Source of the DNA: Candidatus Accumulibacter vicinus
GTDB lineage: Bacteria > Pseudomonadota > Gammaproteobacteria > Burkholderiales > Rhodocyclaceae
DNA: 64,000 nt
Assembly (NCBI GenBank): GCA_002425405.1
Contig: DIME01000188.1
Span: forward strand, 6,310-70,309
Direction: 5' to 3'
The notes beneath the pieces are model-generated. The model was not told the DNA's origin, did no database searches, and saw only the letters and a program-made list of their open reading frames with translations. A program made the position numbers and the translations under genes. Below, in pieces: positions 31,981 through 41,865 of the stretch. Within the stretch, counting starts at the first letter, position 1. Each line of letters starts with the position of its first letter.

Positions 31981-32085
31981 CGTCCGATTTGCCGCCCCCG
32001 CAGCAAACGGCTTGCGGGGGCAACGCCGATCGTTTTCTGCTCACGCTGCCTACTTTACGTCATCACTAACAACAGGAGCCGCATC

Positions 32086-33072
32086 ATGTCCAAAGTCCCC
32101 ATGCGCGTCGCGGTCACCGGCGCCGCCGGTCAAATTGGTTATAGCCTGCTTTTCCGGATTGCCTCCGGCGAAATGCTCGGCAAGGATCAACCGGTCATCC
32201 TCCAACTACTCGACCTGCCGCAAGCTCAAAAAGCCTGCCAGGGCGTGATGATGGAACTCGAAGACTGTGCCTTCCCGCTACTCGCCGGCATGCTCGCTAC
32301 CGACGATCCGACCCTTGCTTTCAAGGATGCAGATGTCTGCCTGCTGGTTGGCGCACGTCCACGTGGTCCGGGAATGGAGCGCGCCGACCTGCTGACGGCC
32401 AATGGGGCGATCTTTACCGTGCAGGGCAAGGCCATTGCCGAGCAGGCCAGCGAGGACGTCCGCGTTCTCGTTGTTGGCAACCCCTGCAATACCAATGCCC
32501 TGATTGCTGGTGCCGCCGCCAGGAAAGTCGGCCGCACCAATCCGGATAACTACCATGGCATGCTGCGCCTCGATCACAACCGTGCCCTCTCGCAACTCGC
32601 CGCAAAAACCGGCCGACCGGTAGCGAGCTTCAAACAGCTCGTCGTGTGGGGCAATCATTCGCCAACGATGTACGCCGATTACCGCAATTGCACCTCTGAC
32701 GGCGACAACGTCAAGGCGCTGATCAATGACCCGGTGTGGAACAATGATGTGTTCCTGCCGACCGTCGGCAAGCGCGGTGCCGCGATCATCGACGCGCGTG
32801 GTCTCTCCTCGGCCGCTTCTGCAGCCAACGCGGCCATCGACCACATGCGCGACTGGGTACTCGGTTCCGACGAATGGGTGACCATGGGCGTTCCTTCCGA
32901 TGGCTCCTATGACATCCCGGCCGGTATCGTTTTCGGTTTCCCGTGCGAATGCAAAGGCGGTTCGTTCAAGATCATCCAAGGAATCGAAATCGACGCGTAC
33001 TCGCGCGAGAAGATGAACAAGACACTCAAGGAACTGACCGACGAAGCGGATGCTGTCAAGGACATGCTCTAA
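32086..33072 (+). CDS. mdh: Malate dehydrogenase
   Basis: [42 protein letters not shown]; RBS AGGAG before 32086. Confidence 0.98.
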   Translation: MSKVPMRVAVTGAAGQIGYSLLFRIASGEMLGKDQPVILQLLDLPQAQKACQGVMMELEDCAFPLLAGMLATDDPTLAFKDADVCLLVGARPRGPGMERADLLTANGAIFTVQGKAIAEQASEDVRVLVVGNPCNTNALIAGAAARKVGRTNPDNYHGMLRLDHNRALSQLAAKTGRPVASFKQLVVWGNHSPTMYADYRNCTSDGDNVKALINDPVWNNDVFLPTVGKRGAAIIDARGLSSAASAANAAIDHMRDWVLGSDEWVTMGVPSDGSYDIPAGIVFGFPCECKGGSFKIIQGIEIDAYSREKMNKTLKELTDEADAVKDML

Positions 33073-33102
33073 GCAGGTCATCAGCAGTCGCTGCGAACTT
33101 TC

Positions 33103-33129
33103 AGCCGCGGGAGTCCGCGGCTTTTTTTT
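33103..33129 (+). terminator. Rho-independent terminator of mdh
   Basis: AGCCGCGG-GAGT-CCGCGGCT followed by a T run. Confidence 0.85.
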
Positions 33130-33146
33130 CCCCAGAAGTACTTGCC

Positions 33147-33236
33147 AATCCAGTATGAGCCTGAAGTCTAGAGCGTACCGCAACGAGGCGGGTCCGCCAA
33201 CGTGCGGACGCTATCGGGCTTAAGGGGCGTTGGATT
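33147..33236 (+). other. Degenerate attC-like (integron cassette) hairpin
   Basis: ~90-nt imperfect inverted repeat ending GGCTTAAGGGGC-GTTGGAT (GTTRRRY); left end ATCCAGT is an imperfect RYYYAAC. Confidence 0.4.
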
Positions 33237-33435
33237 TCTTTTCCTTCCCTACTTATTTTCCTTCTAGAATGACTGTTTCGCAAAACCTGCAAACAACCCT
33301 CATGCGCTACTCCACAGAGAACCTCTTCACAGGCGTGAAACCGTTTCCTCTGTTACGGGGAGTTGCCCGCATGCACGCAGACAACCCGCATGCGCCTACT
33401 GGAGGAAGCAAAACCGCGCTTCTTCACCTGAAGCC

Positions 33436-33804
33436 ATGAGTCTGCCGACGCTGACCGCGGCAATCCTCGAATTTCGCGATCAACGCAACTGGGCGCAGTT
33501 CCACAGTTTGCGCAACTTGATCGTCTCGCTGAATCTTGAAGCCAGCGAGTTGCTCGAACTGACGCAGTGGAAGAGTGACACCGAGATGGCTGCAATCGCA
33601 GGCAGCGCCAGCGTGCAGGAAGCCCTGCGCGACGAATGTGCCGACGTCCTGATTTACCTGTTGTTGATTGCCGAAAATGCCGGCATCGACCTTGAAGAAG
33701 CCGCACGCGCCAAACTCGTGAAGAACGCGATCAAGTATCCGATTGCACGCAGTTACGGATCGAACCGGAAGTATTCAGATCAAACAGGGCTTGAACATGC
33801 TTAG
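33436..33804 (+). CDS. MazG-like nucleotide pyrophosphohydrolase
   Basis: FRDQRNWAQFH...SLNLEASELLE..QW...DECADVLIYLL...K...N..KYP. Confidence 0.88.
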   Translation: MSLPTLTAAILEFRDQRNWAQFHSLRNLIVSLNLEASELLELTQWKSDTEMAAIAGSASVQEALRDECADVLIYLLLIAENAGIDLEEAARAKLVKNAIKYPIARSYGSNRKYSDQTGLEHA

Positions 33805-33867
33805 AAAATCGAGTGATTCTCTCACGGTCATGACACCTCCATTGAACACCCGCAAGGAGGAGCAATC

Positions 33868-33960
33868 ATGAACCAATATTTTTCTCCGACATCCGTCGGT
33901 AAGTTCTCCCTGGCGATCTGCAACCGGTACTCGGCCGAGAATGGCCAACCCTGCCGATGA
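33868..33960 (+). pseudogene. Possible N-terminal remnant of an old-yellow-enzyme / alkene reductase gene
   Basis: Strong RBS AAGGAGG, then MNQYFSPTSVGKFSLAICNR resembling the OYE start M..LFSP..lG...L.NR; ends after 30 codons with an ATGA overlap to the next gene. Confidence 0.4.
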
Positions 33961-34754
33961 GCAACACACCAGACCCGACCGGGAGCCGCTTCCCGACCAT
34001 CCGCCAGACCCAGGCCAGCGCCGTTCTCGGCTGGGTGCAGGCAGGCTGGAATGACTACCGCCAGAGTGGGTTTGCCAGCCTGTTCTACGGGGTCTGTTTT
34101 GCCTTCGGCGGCTGGTTGCTGCAGGCAGTTTTTGCTCATGCCTTCGCACTTTTCGCGGGGCTGACGACCGGCTTCCTGCTATTTGGCCCCTTTCTGACAT
34201 TCGGGCTCTACGATCTGAGTCGACGTATCGAAATTGGCGAACCACCCCGATTGGCCCCGACCCTCGTCGCCTGGCGCTCGAATCTGGCCAATATCGGGGT
34301 GTTTGCCGCACTGCTGGCGGTGGTCCTGCTGATCTGGGCACGCGCGTCAATCATTGTCTTTGCGCTTTTCTTCGCCGGTGGATTGCCCAGCTTCGCTGAT
34401 GTCGTGCGCACCGTCCTGACGTTCGAACAACTCGACTTTGCATTCGCCTACTTTGCCGTCGGGGGGTTCTTCGCCTGCTTCGTCTTCGCGATCAGCGTCA
34501 TCGCCCTGCCCATGATGCTCGACCGCAAGACCGATGCGGTTACAGCGGCGCTTGCCAGCCTCTTCGCCTGCGCTCGCAACCCCGGCCCGATGCTGCTCTG
34601 GGCCACCTGCATCGCGATCCTCGCCGCCATCGGTTTCACAACGCTGTTTCTCGGGCTGATTGTGACCATGCCCCTGGTCGGGCATGCGAGCTGGCACGTC
34701 TACCGCGAAGTCGTGGCTGACGAGGAGAAGAACGAGCAGATCGACCCGCGCTGA
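33957..34754 (+). CDS. DUF2189-family integral membrane protein
   Basis: GF.L.GPF...GLYDLSRRIE.G, LPMMLDR...TA..AS..A..RNP, PLVGHASWH.YR. Confidence 0.85.
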   Translation: MSNTPDPTGSRFPTIRQTQASAVLGWVQAGWNDYRQSGFASLFYGVCFAFGGWLLQAVFAHAFALFAGLTTGFLLFGPFLTFGLYDLSRRIEIGEPPRLAPTLVAWRSNLANIGVFAALLAVVLLIWARASIIVFALFFAGGLPSFADVVRTVLTFEQLDFAFAYFAVGGFFACFVFAISVIALPMMLDRKTDAVTAALASLFACARNPGPMLLWATCIAILAAIGFTTLFLGLIVTMPLVGHASWHVYREVVADEEKNEQIDPR

Positions 34755-34774
34755 ACGGTCACAGCCTGACCCGG

Positions 34775-35635
34775 CTACTCCGGCAAACCGTTCAGAAAGT
34801 ACAGACTCTCCAGCCGCGGCCCCGGTCTGCCGAGCATGCCGAACCAGCGATCATGGATCGCGTAGATCTCGCGGTTGCGGCTGAGGCGAGCAAGTTCACG
34901 GTTCACTGCCAGGCGGAAGGCTGCATCATTGCGGCGCATCATCAAGGCATAAGGCTCGTAGGAAAAGGTCTCGGGACCGATCGACCAGTCATTCTGGCTG
35001 CCTGAATCGAGGGCGAGTCCGATCAGCAACGATCGGTCCGAGGCGTAGGCCTCGACCTTTCCCTGCAGCATCGCCGCGATCCCCTGCGAGTGATCGCCGA
35101 CCTTGACCAGCTCGGCAGCGACCTTGTACTGCAGCAGTGCCGCGGCAATCGTCCGCTCGCTGGTCGTTCCGGCGGCGACGGCAACCCGCTTGCCGGCCAG
35201 GTCTTCGAAGCGCCGGATTCCGGCGGCCCGGCGCGACAGATAAGTGCCGCCGTCGATGAAGGTCAGCAGACTGAAATCGACTTCCTCCATCCTTGCCAGC
35301 GTACTGGTGGTTGAACCACATTCGAGGTCGATCGCGCCCGACTTCAATTTGGCGATCCGCGTTTCCGGCGTCACCGGGATCCACTGCAGATGCAGCTCGT
35401 CGAGCTCCAGTTGCTTGACGATTGCCGCCGCCACCCTGGTACACAGGTCGACCGAATAGCCCCAGGGCTGATTGTCATCGCCAGTGTAAGAGAAGGGTAC
35501 CGAGTTCTCCCGGTAACCGAGAGCAATGGTCTTTGACGCCTTGATCTTGTCGAGCGTCCCCGCTGCCTGCGCCGGTACGACCAAGCCCAGGAGCACAGTC
35601 GTTGCCACCCACAGAACCCAATGATGCAACTGCAT
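34775..35635 (-). CDS. Amino-acid ABC transporter substrate-binding protein (GltI-like), orphan
   Basis: Signal peptide; LGYRENSVPFSY, RI..L.SG.IDLECGSTT, EPYALM. Confidence 0.88.
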   Translation of the reverse strand: MQLHHWVLWVATTVLLGLVVPAQAAGTLDKIKASKTIALGYRENSVPFSYTGDDNQPWGYSVDLCTRVAAAIVKQLELDELHLQWIPVTPETRIAKLKSGAIDLECGSTTSTLARMEEVDFSLLTFIDGGTYLSRRAAGIRRFEDLAGKRVAVAAGTTSERTIAAALLQYKVAAELVKVGDHSQGIAAMLQGKVEAYASDRSLLIGLALDSGSQNDWSIGPETFSYEPYALMMRRNDAAFRLAVNRELARLSRNREIYAIHDRWFGMLGRPGPRLESLYFLNGLPE

Positions 35636-35815
35636 GCAATTCCTCCCAGTGGTGATGACGAAGATCGCCTTCTCGAATGATCAAAGCCGTGAAGCCGTGA
35701 TTCTGATCGATGGACGGCGATTTGAAAATCGTTATTACCCGGGTTCTGCGGCACACACCCTGCCCCTATAACAGGACTATACTGTGGCCCCGTGCCTGCC
35801 AGAAGATCGCTGCTC

Positions 35816-36808
35816 ATGAACAACTACCCGATATCTGTCACCGCCCTGCTTCTGAACACGCTCCTGGTGGTTGCACCCGTCCATGCAGAAGAGACGCGCT
35901 ACCTTGGCCTCTGCGATGCTTCCGCTGCCGTCGCGCTCGGCGCAAGGCACTTCGTCGTCGCGGACGACGATCGTCATGTCCTGACCATCTACCAACGCGG
36001 CAAACCCGAAGCCGTGGCCTGCGTCGAGCTGCTCGGCAACAGCGGCGAGTGCCTGCCCAAGGCCAAGGCCAAGGCCACGAAATCGGACATCGAGGGTGCC
36101 GCGCGCATCGGCGACAGGATATACTGGATTTCCTCGCACGCCCGCAATCAGGACGGCGAGATCAAGGTGCAGCGGCGGCAGTTCTTTGCCACCGACGTGC
36201 TCGCAAGTGCTCCCTCACCAACGGTCAGCGCAGCCACCCCGCCCTACACCCGGCTTGTCGAGGACATCGCCGCCGAACCAAGGTTTGCAGTCCTCGGCTC
36301 GGCCAGCAAGCAGGCGATCGATCCCGAAATGCCGGGCGGCCTGAACATCGAAGGTCTCGCCGCGACCCCGGATGGGCAACTCCTGATCGGCTTCCGCAAT
36401 CCCTTGTCCGCACGCAAGGAAGCGCTGCTGCTGCCACTGAGAAATCCGGCGGCAGTGATCGATCAGGCAGCCAAGCCGGTCTTTGGCGATCTGATTGCGC
36501 TCGATCTCGGCGAGCGAGGGATTCGCAGCATCGATTTCGTCAATTCCCGTTTCGCGATCATCGCCGGCCCCTTGGGTGACAAGAAGAGCGGCAAGGGTTT
36601 CGCCCTCTATACCTGGTCGGGCAAGGCAGCCGATTCGCCGCAGCGGGTCAAGAAGATCGACTTCTCTGGCATGCACCCGGAAGCGCTCTTCGCGGCGGCC
36701 GGGAAAAACGAGATCTATGTGCTCAGCGACGACGGCAACCAGTGCAAGGACACCAAGCCAGGCGAGAAATCATTTCGTGGCTTTTCCTTGACTTTGCCTG
36801 ATCTCTGA
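35816..36808 (+). CDS. DUF3616-family secreted protein
   Basis: Signal peptide; CDASAAVAL, DIEGAA, WISSHARN, GLNIEGLA, LLIGFRNP, GIRSI, SDDG. Confidence 0.75.
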   Translation: MNNYPISVTALLLNTLLVVAPVHAEETRYLGLCDASAAVALGARHFVVADDDRHVLTIYQRGKPEAVACVELLGNSGECLPKAKAKATKSDIEGAARIGDRIYWISSHARNQDGEIKVQRRQFFATDVLASAPSPTVSAATPPYTRLVEDIAAEPRFAVLGSASKQAIDPEMPGGLNIEGLAATPDGQLLIGFRNPLSARKEALLLPLRNPAAVIDQAAKPVFGDLIALDLGERGIRSIDFVNSRFAIIAGPLGDKKSGKGFALYTWSGKAADSPQRVKKIDFSGMHPEALFAAAGKNEIYVLSDDGNQCKDTKPGEKSFRGFSLTLPDL

Positions 36809-36853
36809 GCAGGCCCGCTGATAGCGAAAAGCTGGCGCCAGCGGACGGCCACG

Positions 36854-37639
36854 CTACTGCCAGGCGGCCAGGAATTCCCGCCAGTGCGGTTTGTCGATCC
36901 GCGCCAGTTCAGCACGTATGAAGGCCATCTCGTTTTCGTATCCGGCACGCGCAATCTCACCGCGCATGCGGCGAAAGCACACGGAAACCAGGTAGGTGTT
37001 GAGTGCGTCGGTCTCGCAGTAATCGCGGATTTCAGCGTTTCGGCCCGCCTGCCATGCGCCCCACACCTTGCTGCCATCCATGCCGAGCTTGCCGGGAAAG
37101 CCGATCAGCCTGGCCAGCTCGTCGAGCGGCACGCTGGCGCGCGGCTGATACATCGCCAGCAGGTCCATCAGGTCCAGGTGGCGCGTGTGATAGCGGCTGA
37201 TGTAGTTGTTCCATTTGAATTCACGGCTGTCGGAGTAGTCGCCGTCACCGAGGTCCCAATATCGCGGCGCGACCACCCCGTGCATCAGGCCGCGATAGTG
37301 CAACACCGGCAGGTCAAAACCACTGCCGTTCCAGGACACGATCTGCGGCGTGAACTTTTCGATGCCGTCGAAGAAGCGTTGAATGATTTCGGCTTCGCCC
37401 TGCTCGGGTTCAGCCAGCGACCACACACGAAAATCCTTGCCGACCCTGAGAACGCAGGAGATCACCGCGACGCGTTGCAGGTGCAGCGGCAGGAAGTCGT
37501 TGCCGCTGCTAGCGCGGCGCTGCTGAAAGGCGAGTTCGGCGACCTCGTCGTCGGAAAGCGCCGCGTCGAGGCCATGCAGGCGGCGCAAGCCCCCGACGTC
37601 CGGAATGGTTTCAATGTCAAAGGCGAGAACCGGCTTCAT
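36854..37639 (-). CDS. 3'-5' exonuclease, PolB-like family
   Basis: LAFDIETIPD, VSWNGSGFDLPVL, HLDLMD, YCETD (DEDD exonuclease); follows cysM. Confidence 0.88.
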   Translation of the reverse strand: MKPVLAFDIETIPDVGGLRRLHGLDAALSDDEVAELAFQQRRASSGNDFLPLHLQRVAVISCVLRVGKDFRVWSLAEPEQGEAEIIQRFFDGIEKFTPQIVSWNGSGFDLPVLHYRGLMHGVVAPRYWDLGDGDYSDSREFKWNNYISRYHTRHLDLMDLLAMYQPRASVPLDELARLIGFPGKLGMDGSKVWGAWQAGRNAEIRDYCETDALNTYLVSVCFRRMRGEIARAGYENEMAFIRAELARIDKPHWREFLAAWQ

Positions 37640-37643
37640 GCGT

Positions 37644-38543
37644 TCAAGCGGGAAAGACCCCGGTCGACAGATAGCGGTCCCCACGATCGCAAACGATGCT
37701 GACGATCATCGCATTCTCGACTTCGCTGGCGACCCGCAAGGCGACGACCAACGCGCCACCCGACGAGATGCCGGCGAAAATCCCTTCTTCGCGTGCCAGG
37801 CGGCGGGTCATTTCTTCTGCCTCGCCCTGCCCGACCGATTCGACGCGATCGACACGCGAGCGGTCGAAGATCTTCGGCAGATAGGCTTCCGGCCACTTGC
37901 GGATGCCGGGGATCTGCGAACCGTCCTCGGGCTGGCAGCCGACGATGCAGATGCCGGGGTTCTGTTCCTTGAGGTAGCGTGACACCCCCATGATCGTTCC
38001 GGTGGTGCCCATGCTGCTCACGAAATGGGTGATTCGCCCCGCAGTCTGGCGCCACAGCTCGGGACCGGTACCTTCGTAGTGTGCCAGCGGGTTGTCCGGG
38101 TTGGCAAACTGATCAAGGATGATGCCGCGGCCTTCGTTGCGCAGGCTCTCGGCAACGTCACGCGCCAATTCCATGCCGCCATCCCTGGGCACCAGCACCA
38201 GTTCGGCGCCAAAAGCGCGCATCGTCTGCCGGCGTTCGATGCTCTGATTTTCCGGCATCACCAGAATCATCCGATAGCCGCGCACCGCCGCCGCCATGGC
38301 CAGGGCGATGCCGGTATTGCCCGAAGTGGCCTCGATCAGGGTGTCCCCCGGTTTGATGTCGCCACGCTGTTCGGCGCGTGCAATCATCGACAGCGCCGGC
38401 CGATCCTTGACCGAGCCGGCCGGATTGTTGCCTTCCAGCTTGGCCAGAACGAGATTACCGCGAGCGTCGTTGGCGGTGCCCGGTATACGCTGCAGACGCA
38501 CCAGCGGCGTTTCGCCGACGTACTCTTCAAGGGTCTTATGCAT
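37644..38543 (-). CDS. cysM: Cysteine synthase B
   Basis: [47 protein letters not shown]. Confidence 0.96.
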   Translation of the reverse strand: MHKTLEEYVGETPLVRLQRIPGTANDARGNLVLAKLEGNNPAGSVKDRPALSMIARAEQRGDIKPGDTLIEATSGNTGIALAMAAAVRGYRMILVMPENQSIERRQTMRAFGAELVLVPRDGGMELARDVAESLRNEGRGIILDQFANPDNPLAHYEGTGPELWRQTAGRITHFVSSMGTTGTIMGVSRYLKEQNPGICIVGCQPEDGSQIPGIRKWPEAYLPKIFDRSRVDRVESVGQGEAEEMTRRLAREEGIFAGISSGGALVVALRVASEVENAMIVSIVCDRGDRYLSTGVFPA

Positions 38544-39540
38544 GCTCGTTCAGCCAGTTAACGTATTGCGCAACGCCTTCCTCGACACTGGCAAACGGGG
38601 CCTCATAACCCGCCTTGCGCAGCCTGGTGAGGTCGGCTTCGGTGAAACTCTGGTACTTGCCCTTGAGATCCGCCGGAAACGGGATGTATTCGATCAGCCC
38701 TTGCTGCACCAGTTCGGCGAGCGGCAGCGCTGCCTCGCCAAACAAGGCCCGGCAACCATTGACGCTGGCCATCGCCAGGTCGTTGAAAGGCTGTGCGCGA
38801 CCGCTGCCGACGTTGAAAATCCCCGATTTCTCCGGATGATCGAGGAAAAACAGGTTGACGTGCGTGACATCGCCGACATGCACGAAATCGCGTCGCTGTT
38901 CGCCATCGGCATAGCCATCGCAGCCTTCGAAAAGCTTGACCTTACCCTGACTGCGGAACTGCTGAAAATGATGGAAGGCGACCGAGGCCATGCGCCCCTT
39001 GTGCGACTCGCGCGGACCATAGACGTTGAAATAGCGGAAGCCGACGACCTGCGAGTGGGACGGACCGGCGACGGCAAGGCGTTGCCGGACCACCTGGTCG
39101 AACAGGAACTTCGAATAGCCGTAGACGTTCAGCGGTGCCTCGTGCGCTCGCTCTTCCCGGAAAACGCTGCCGCCGCCGTAAGTTGCCGCGCTCGATGCGT
39201 AGAGCAGCGGTACTTCCTGATCAAGACACCAGTCGAGAAGATCCAGCGAGTAACGGTAATTGTTCTCCATCATGTAGCGGCCATCGCTCTCCAGGGTATC
39301 GGAACATGCCCCCTGGTGGAGAATGGCATCGATGTCACCGTCAAAGTCGCCGGCCAGCAAGCGGCTGAGGAATTTCTGTTTGTCGATGTAATCGGCGATG
39401 TCGCAATCGACGAGGTTACGAAACTTGTCGGCCCGGCTCAGATTGTCGACGGCAATGATCCTGCGCATGCCGCGCTCGTTGAGCGCCTTGACGAGATTGG
39501 AACCAATGAAGCCGGCTGCGCCGGTAACGATGGTATACAT
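38536..39540 (-). CDS. hldD: ADP-L-glycero-D-manno-heptose 6-epimerase
   Basis: [41 protein letters not shown]. Confidence 0.96.
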   Translation of the reverse strand: MYTIVTGAAGFIGSNLVKALNERGMRRIIAVDNLSRADKFRNLVDCDIADYIDKQKFLSRLLAGDFDGDIDAILHQGACSDTLESDGRYMMENNYRYSLDLLDWCLDQEVPLLYASSAATYGGGSVFREERAHEAPLNVYGYSKFLFDQVVRQRLAVAGPSHSQVVGFRYFNVYGPRESHKGRMASVAFHHFQQFRSQGKVKLFEGCDGYADGEQRRDFVHVGDVTHVNLFFLDHPEKSGIFNVGSGRAQPFNDLAMASVNGCRALFGEAALPLAELVQQGLIEYIPFPADLKGKYQSFTEADLTRLRKAGYEAPFASVEEGVAQYVNWLNEHA

Positions 39541-39549
39541 GGATTGACC

Positions 39550-40482
39550 TCACTTGAGTGCCGCAGCCAGTTCACGATGGCTGACCACCGCCGTACCGAG
39601 CTTGCCAACGACGACGCCGGCCGCAACATTTGCCACCCGGACGGCCTCCGGCCAGGCCGTGCCGCACGCGAGCATCACGGCCAGGGTAGCGATGACCGTA
39701 TCGCCGGCACCAGACACATCGAAGACCTCCCTAGCCACGGCCTGCTCGTAGATCGCCCCGCCAGCATGGAAGAGCGACATCCCTTCCTCGCTGCGGGTCA
39801 CCAGCAGCGCTTCGAGTCCCAAATCGCAGCGCAATGCTTCGGCCTTGTACGCCAGTTCGCCGTCGTCGTGCCAGCGACCGACCACGGTGCGTAACTCGTT
39901 GCGGTTCGGCGTGACGATGGTCGCGCCCGCATACTTGGAGAAATCGTCGCCCTTGGGATCGACCAGAACCTTCTTGCCGGCCGTGCGCGCCAATCGGATC
40001 ATCTCGCCGATGTGCGCCAGGCCGCCCTTGCCATAATCGGAGAGGATCACCGCGTCGCATGTCGGCAGGCGCGCCGCGAACTCGGCGAGCTTGGTGCGCA
40101 ACACCTCATGTGAAGGGGCCGTTTCAAAATCGATGCGCAGCAGTTGCTGTTGCCGGCCAATCACGCGCAGCTTGACCGTCGTGCTGATCGCAGCGTCGAG
40201 ATGCAGGCTGGCCTCGATGCCACTTGCGGCCAGCAGTCTCTGCAGGCAGCGCCCGGCTTCGTCGTCGCCAACCACCGACAGCAGGGCGACCTGCGCACCC
40301 AGGGCAGCGACGTTGCGAGCGACGTTGGCGGCCCCGCCGGGACGCTCTTCGCTGCGGTCCACCTTGACCACCGGCACCGGTGCCTCGGGAGAGATGCGAG
40401 AGACCTCGCCAAACCAGTAGCGATCAAGCATCACATCGCCGACGATCAGCAGCTTGGCGGTCGCGAAATCAGGGACGTGCAT
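39550..40482 (-). CDS. rfaE1: D-glycero-beta-D-manno-heptose-7-phosphate kinase (stand-alone kinase half of HldE)
   Basis: VGDVMLDRYW.G...RISPEAPVPV, SDYGKG, DVSGAGDTV (PfkB fold). Confidence 0.93.
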   Translation of the reverse strand: MHVPDFATAKLLIVGDVMLDRYWFGEVSRISPEAPVPVVKVDRSEERPGGAANVARNVAALGAQVALLSVVGDDEAGRCLQRLLAASGIEASLHLDAAISTTVKLRVIGRQQQLLRIDFETAPSHEVLRTKLAEFAARLPTCDAVILSDYGKGGLAHIGEMIRLARTAGKKVLVDPKGDDFSKYAGATIVTPNRNELRTVVGRWHDDGELAYKAEALRCDLGLEALLVTRSEEGMSLFHAGGAIYEQAVAREVFDVSGAGDTVIATLAVMLACGTAWPEAVRVANVAAGVVVGKLGTAVVSHRELAAALK

Positions 40483-40564
40483 CGCCGCGGCTTCCGGAAC
40501 GGCAGGATCTGCTCATGAGGCGAATACACCTCATATCGCGTATGGCGACTGGCAAGCTGAACTC

Positions 40565-41734
40565 CTAAGGTGTGAGGTCAAATTCTTCGGTGCGCTTTGG
40601 CGAATAGGTCTCCCAACCGCCACAGGCCGGACAGCGCCAATAGAACTGACGCGCCTTGAAACCGCAATTATCGCATCGATAGCGCGCCAGGCGGCGTGTG
40701 TAGACCTGCACGATCCCTTTTGCCAGATCGAGATCGGGGCGGCTCTCGGGCGGCGCAATCAGCAATCTGGCCTCCAGCAACTTGTCGAAACCGAGCAGGG
40801 TCGGATTGCGCTTCAACTCATCGCGAACCAGTTTGTACGCTGCATCCGGCCCGTCACTCTCGAGCACCAGTTGAAAAACCACGTCGAGCAGGTCCAGCGA
40901 AGGGTAGTGCTCAAGATAGCCGCGCAACAGTTGCAGGCCTCTTTCGCGGCGATCGAGCTTGCGAAAGGCGTCGAGCAGGCGTTGCGCCACCAGCGCCAGG
41001 TAGGTAGGATCCTGCTGTTCGATGCGTTGCCAGGATTCGATTGCTGCCAGCGGCTGATCCTGCTGGAGCAGGATGTCACCTTGGAGCAGGCTGGCGCGAA
41101 CACATTTGCGGTTGCGCTCGAGCGCCGTCTGCAGGTGGCTGACCGCCAGATCACGGCGCGAGCGAATCAGCTCGGCAGCAGCCAGCTCGCAATGGTACTC
41201 GGCGATTTCCTTGTGTGACGCGTAGTCCGGCAGTTCCGAAGCGATCGTGATCGCCTTCCCCCAGTCCTTTTCGAGCTGATAGATCTCGAGCAGGTTGCGC
41301 TTCGCTTCTTCGGCCAGAGGTGAATCGCGCAGCTTGTCGAAAATTTCTTCGGCGCGATCGAGCAAGCCGGCCTTGAGATAGTCCTGTCCGAGTTCCGCCA
41401 GCGCCTGCAGTTTTAAATCCTGTTTCAGATCCTCACGTTCGATGAGGTTCTGGTGCATGCGGATGGCGCGTTCGGTCTCGCCGCGACGACGGAACAGGCT
41501 GCCCAGCGCAAAGTGCAGCTCGATAGTCTGGGGATCGATCTTGACGGCTTCGACAAAGGCCTCGATGGCACGGTCGGGCTGCTCGTTGAGCAAGAAGTTG
41601 AGTCCCTGAAAATACGAACGCGGCAGCGTTCGCGACTCCTTCACGAGATGCCGGATATCGATGCGCGCCGCTGCCCAGCCGAGCCCGAAGAACAAAGGGA
41701 AAAGCAGGAGCTGCCAGTATTCGAATTCAATCAT
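40565..41734 (-). CDS. lapB: Lipopolysaccharide assembly protein B
   Basis: N-terminal TM, YFQGLNFLLNEQPDRA, TPR repeats, C-terminal YRCDNCGF...WRCPAC rubredoxin. Confidence 0.96.
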   Translation of the reverse strand: MIEFEYWQLLLFPLFFGLGWAAARIDIRHLVKESRTLPRSYFQGLNFLLNEQPDRAIEAFVEAVKIDPQTIELHFALGSLFRRRGETERAIRMHQNLIEREDLKQDLKLQALAELGQDYLKAGLLDRAEEIFDKLRDSPLAEEAKRNLLEIYQLEKDWGKAITIASELPDYASHKEIAEYHCELAAAELIRSRRDLAVSHLQTALERNRKCVRASLLQGDILLQQDQPLAAIESWQRIEQQDPTYLALVAQRLLDAFRKLDRRERGLQLLRGYLEHYPSLDLLDVVFQLVLESDGPDAAYKLVRDELKRNPTLLGFDKLLEARLLIAPPESRPDLDLAKGIVQVYTRRLARYRCDNCGFKARQFYWRCPACGGWETYSPKRTEEFDLTP

Positions 41735-41737
41735 GTG

Positions 41738-41794
41738 TCACCTGATTCTTGATGGCAAACGCGAACATGACAAAGCCCACGATAACGCACGCAT
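41738..41794 (-). pseudogene. lapA: Collapsed lapA remnant
   Basis: GGAGG RBS + ATG gives MRALSWA..., and the shifted frame gives FVMFAFAIKNQ (LapA TM1 F(A)xKN motif); only ~60 bp in the canonical ihfB-lapA-lapB slot. Confidence 0.6.
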
Positions 41795-41809
41795 TGATCA
41801 GCCTCCCAC

Positions 41810-41843
41810 AAAAAAACGGGCGGCAACTCTCGTTACCGCCCGT
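41810..41843 (-). terminator. Rho-independent terminator after ihfB
   Basis: Minus strand ACGGGCGGTAAC-GAGA-GTTGCCGCCCGT followed by a T run. Confidence 0.8.
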
Positions 41844-41865
41844 CATTCGCCACGGTCTTAGCAAC

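Noticed and set aside
35655-35771. 38-codon ORF MTKIAFSNDQSREAVILIDGRRFENRYYPG...
   Set aside because: No RBS and no recognisable homology; lies in a divergent promoter region.
36059-36076. (AAGGCC)x3 microsatellite giving KAKAKA in the DUF3616 gene
   Set aside because: Short and in-frame; unlikely to be phase variable.
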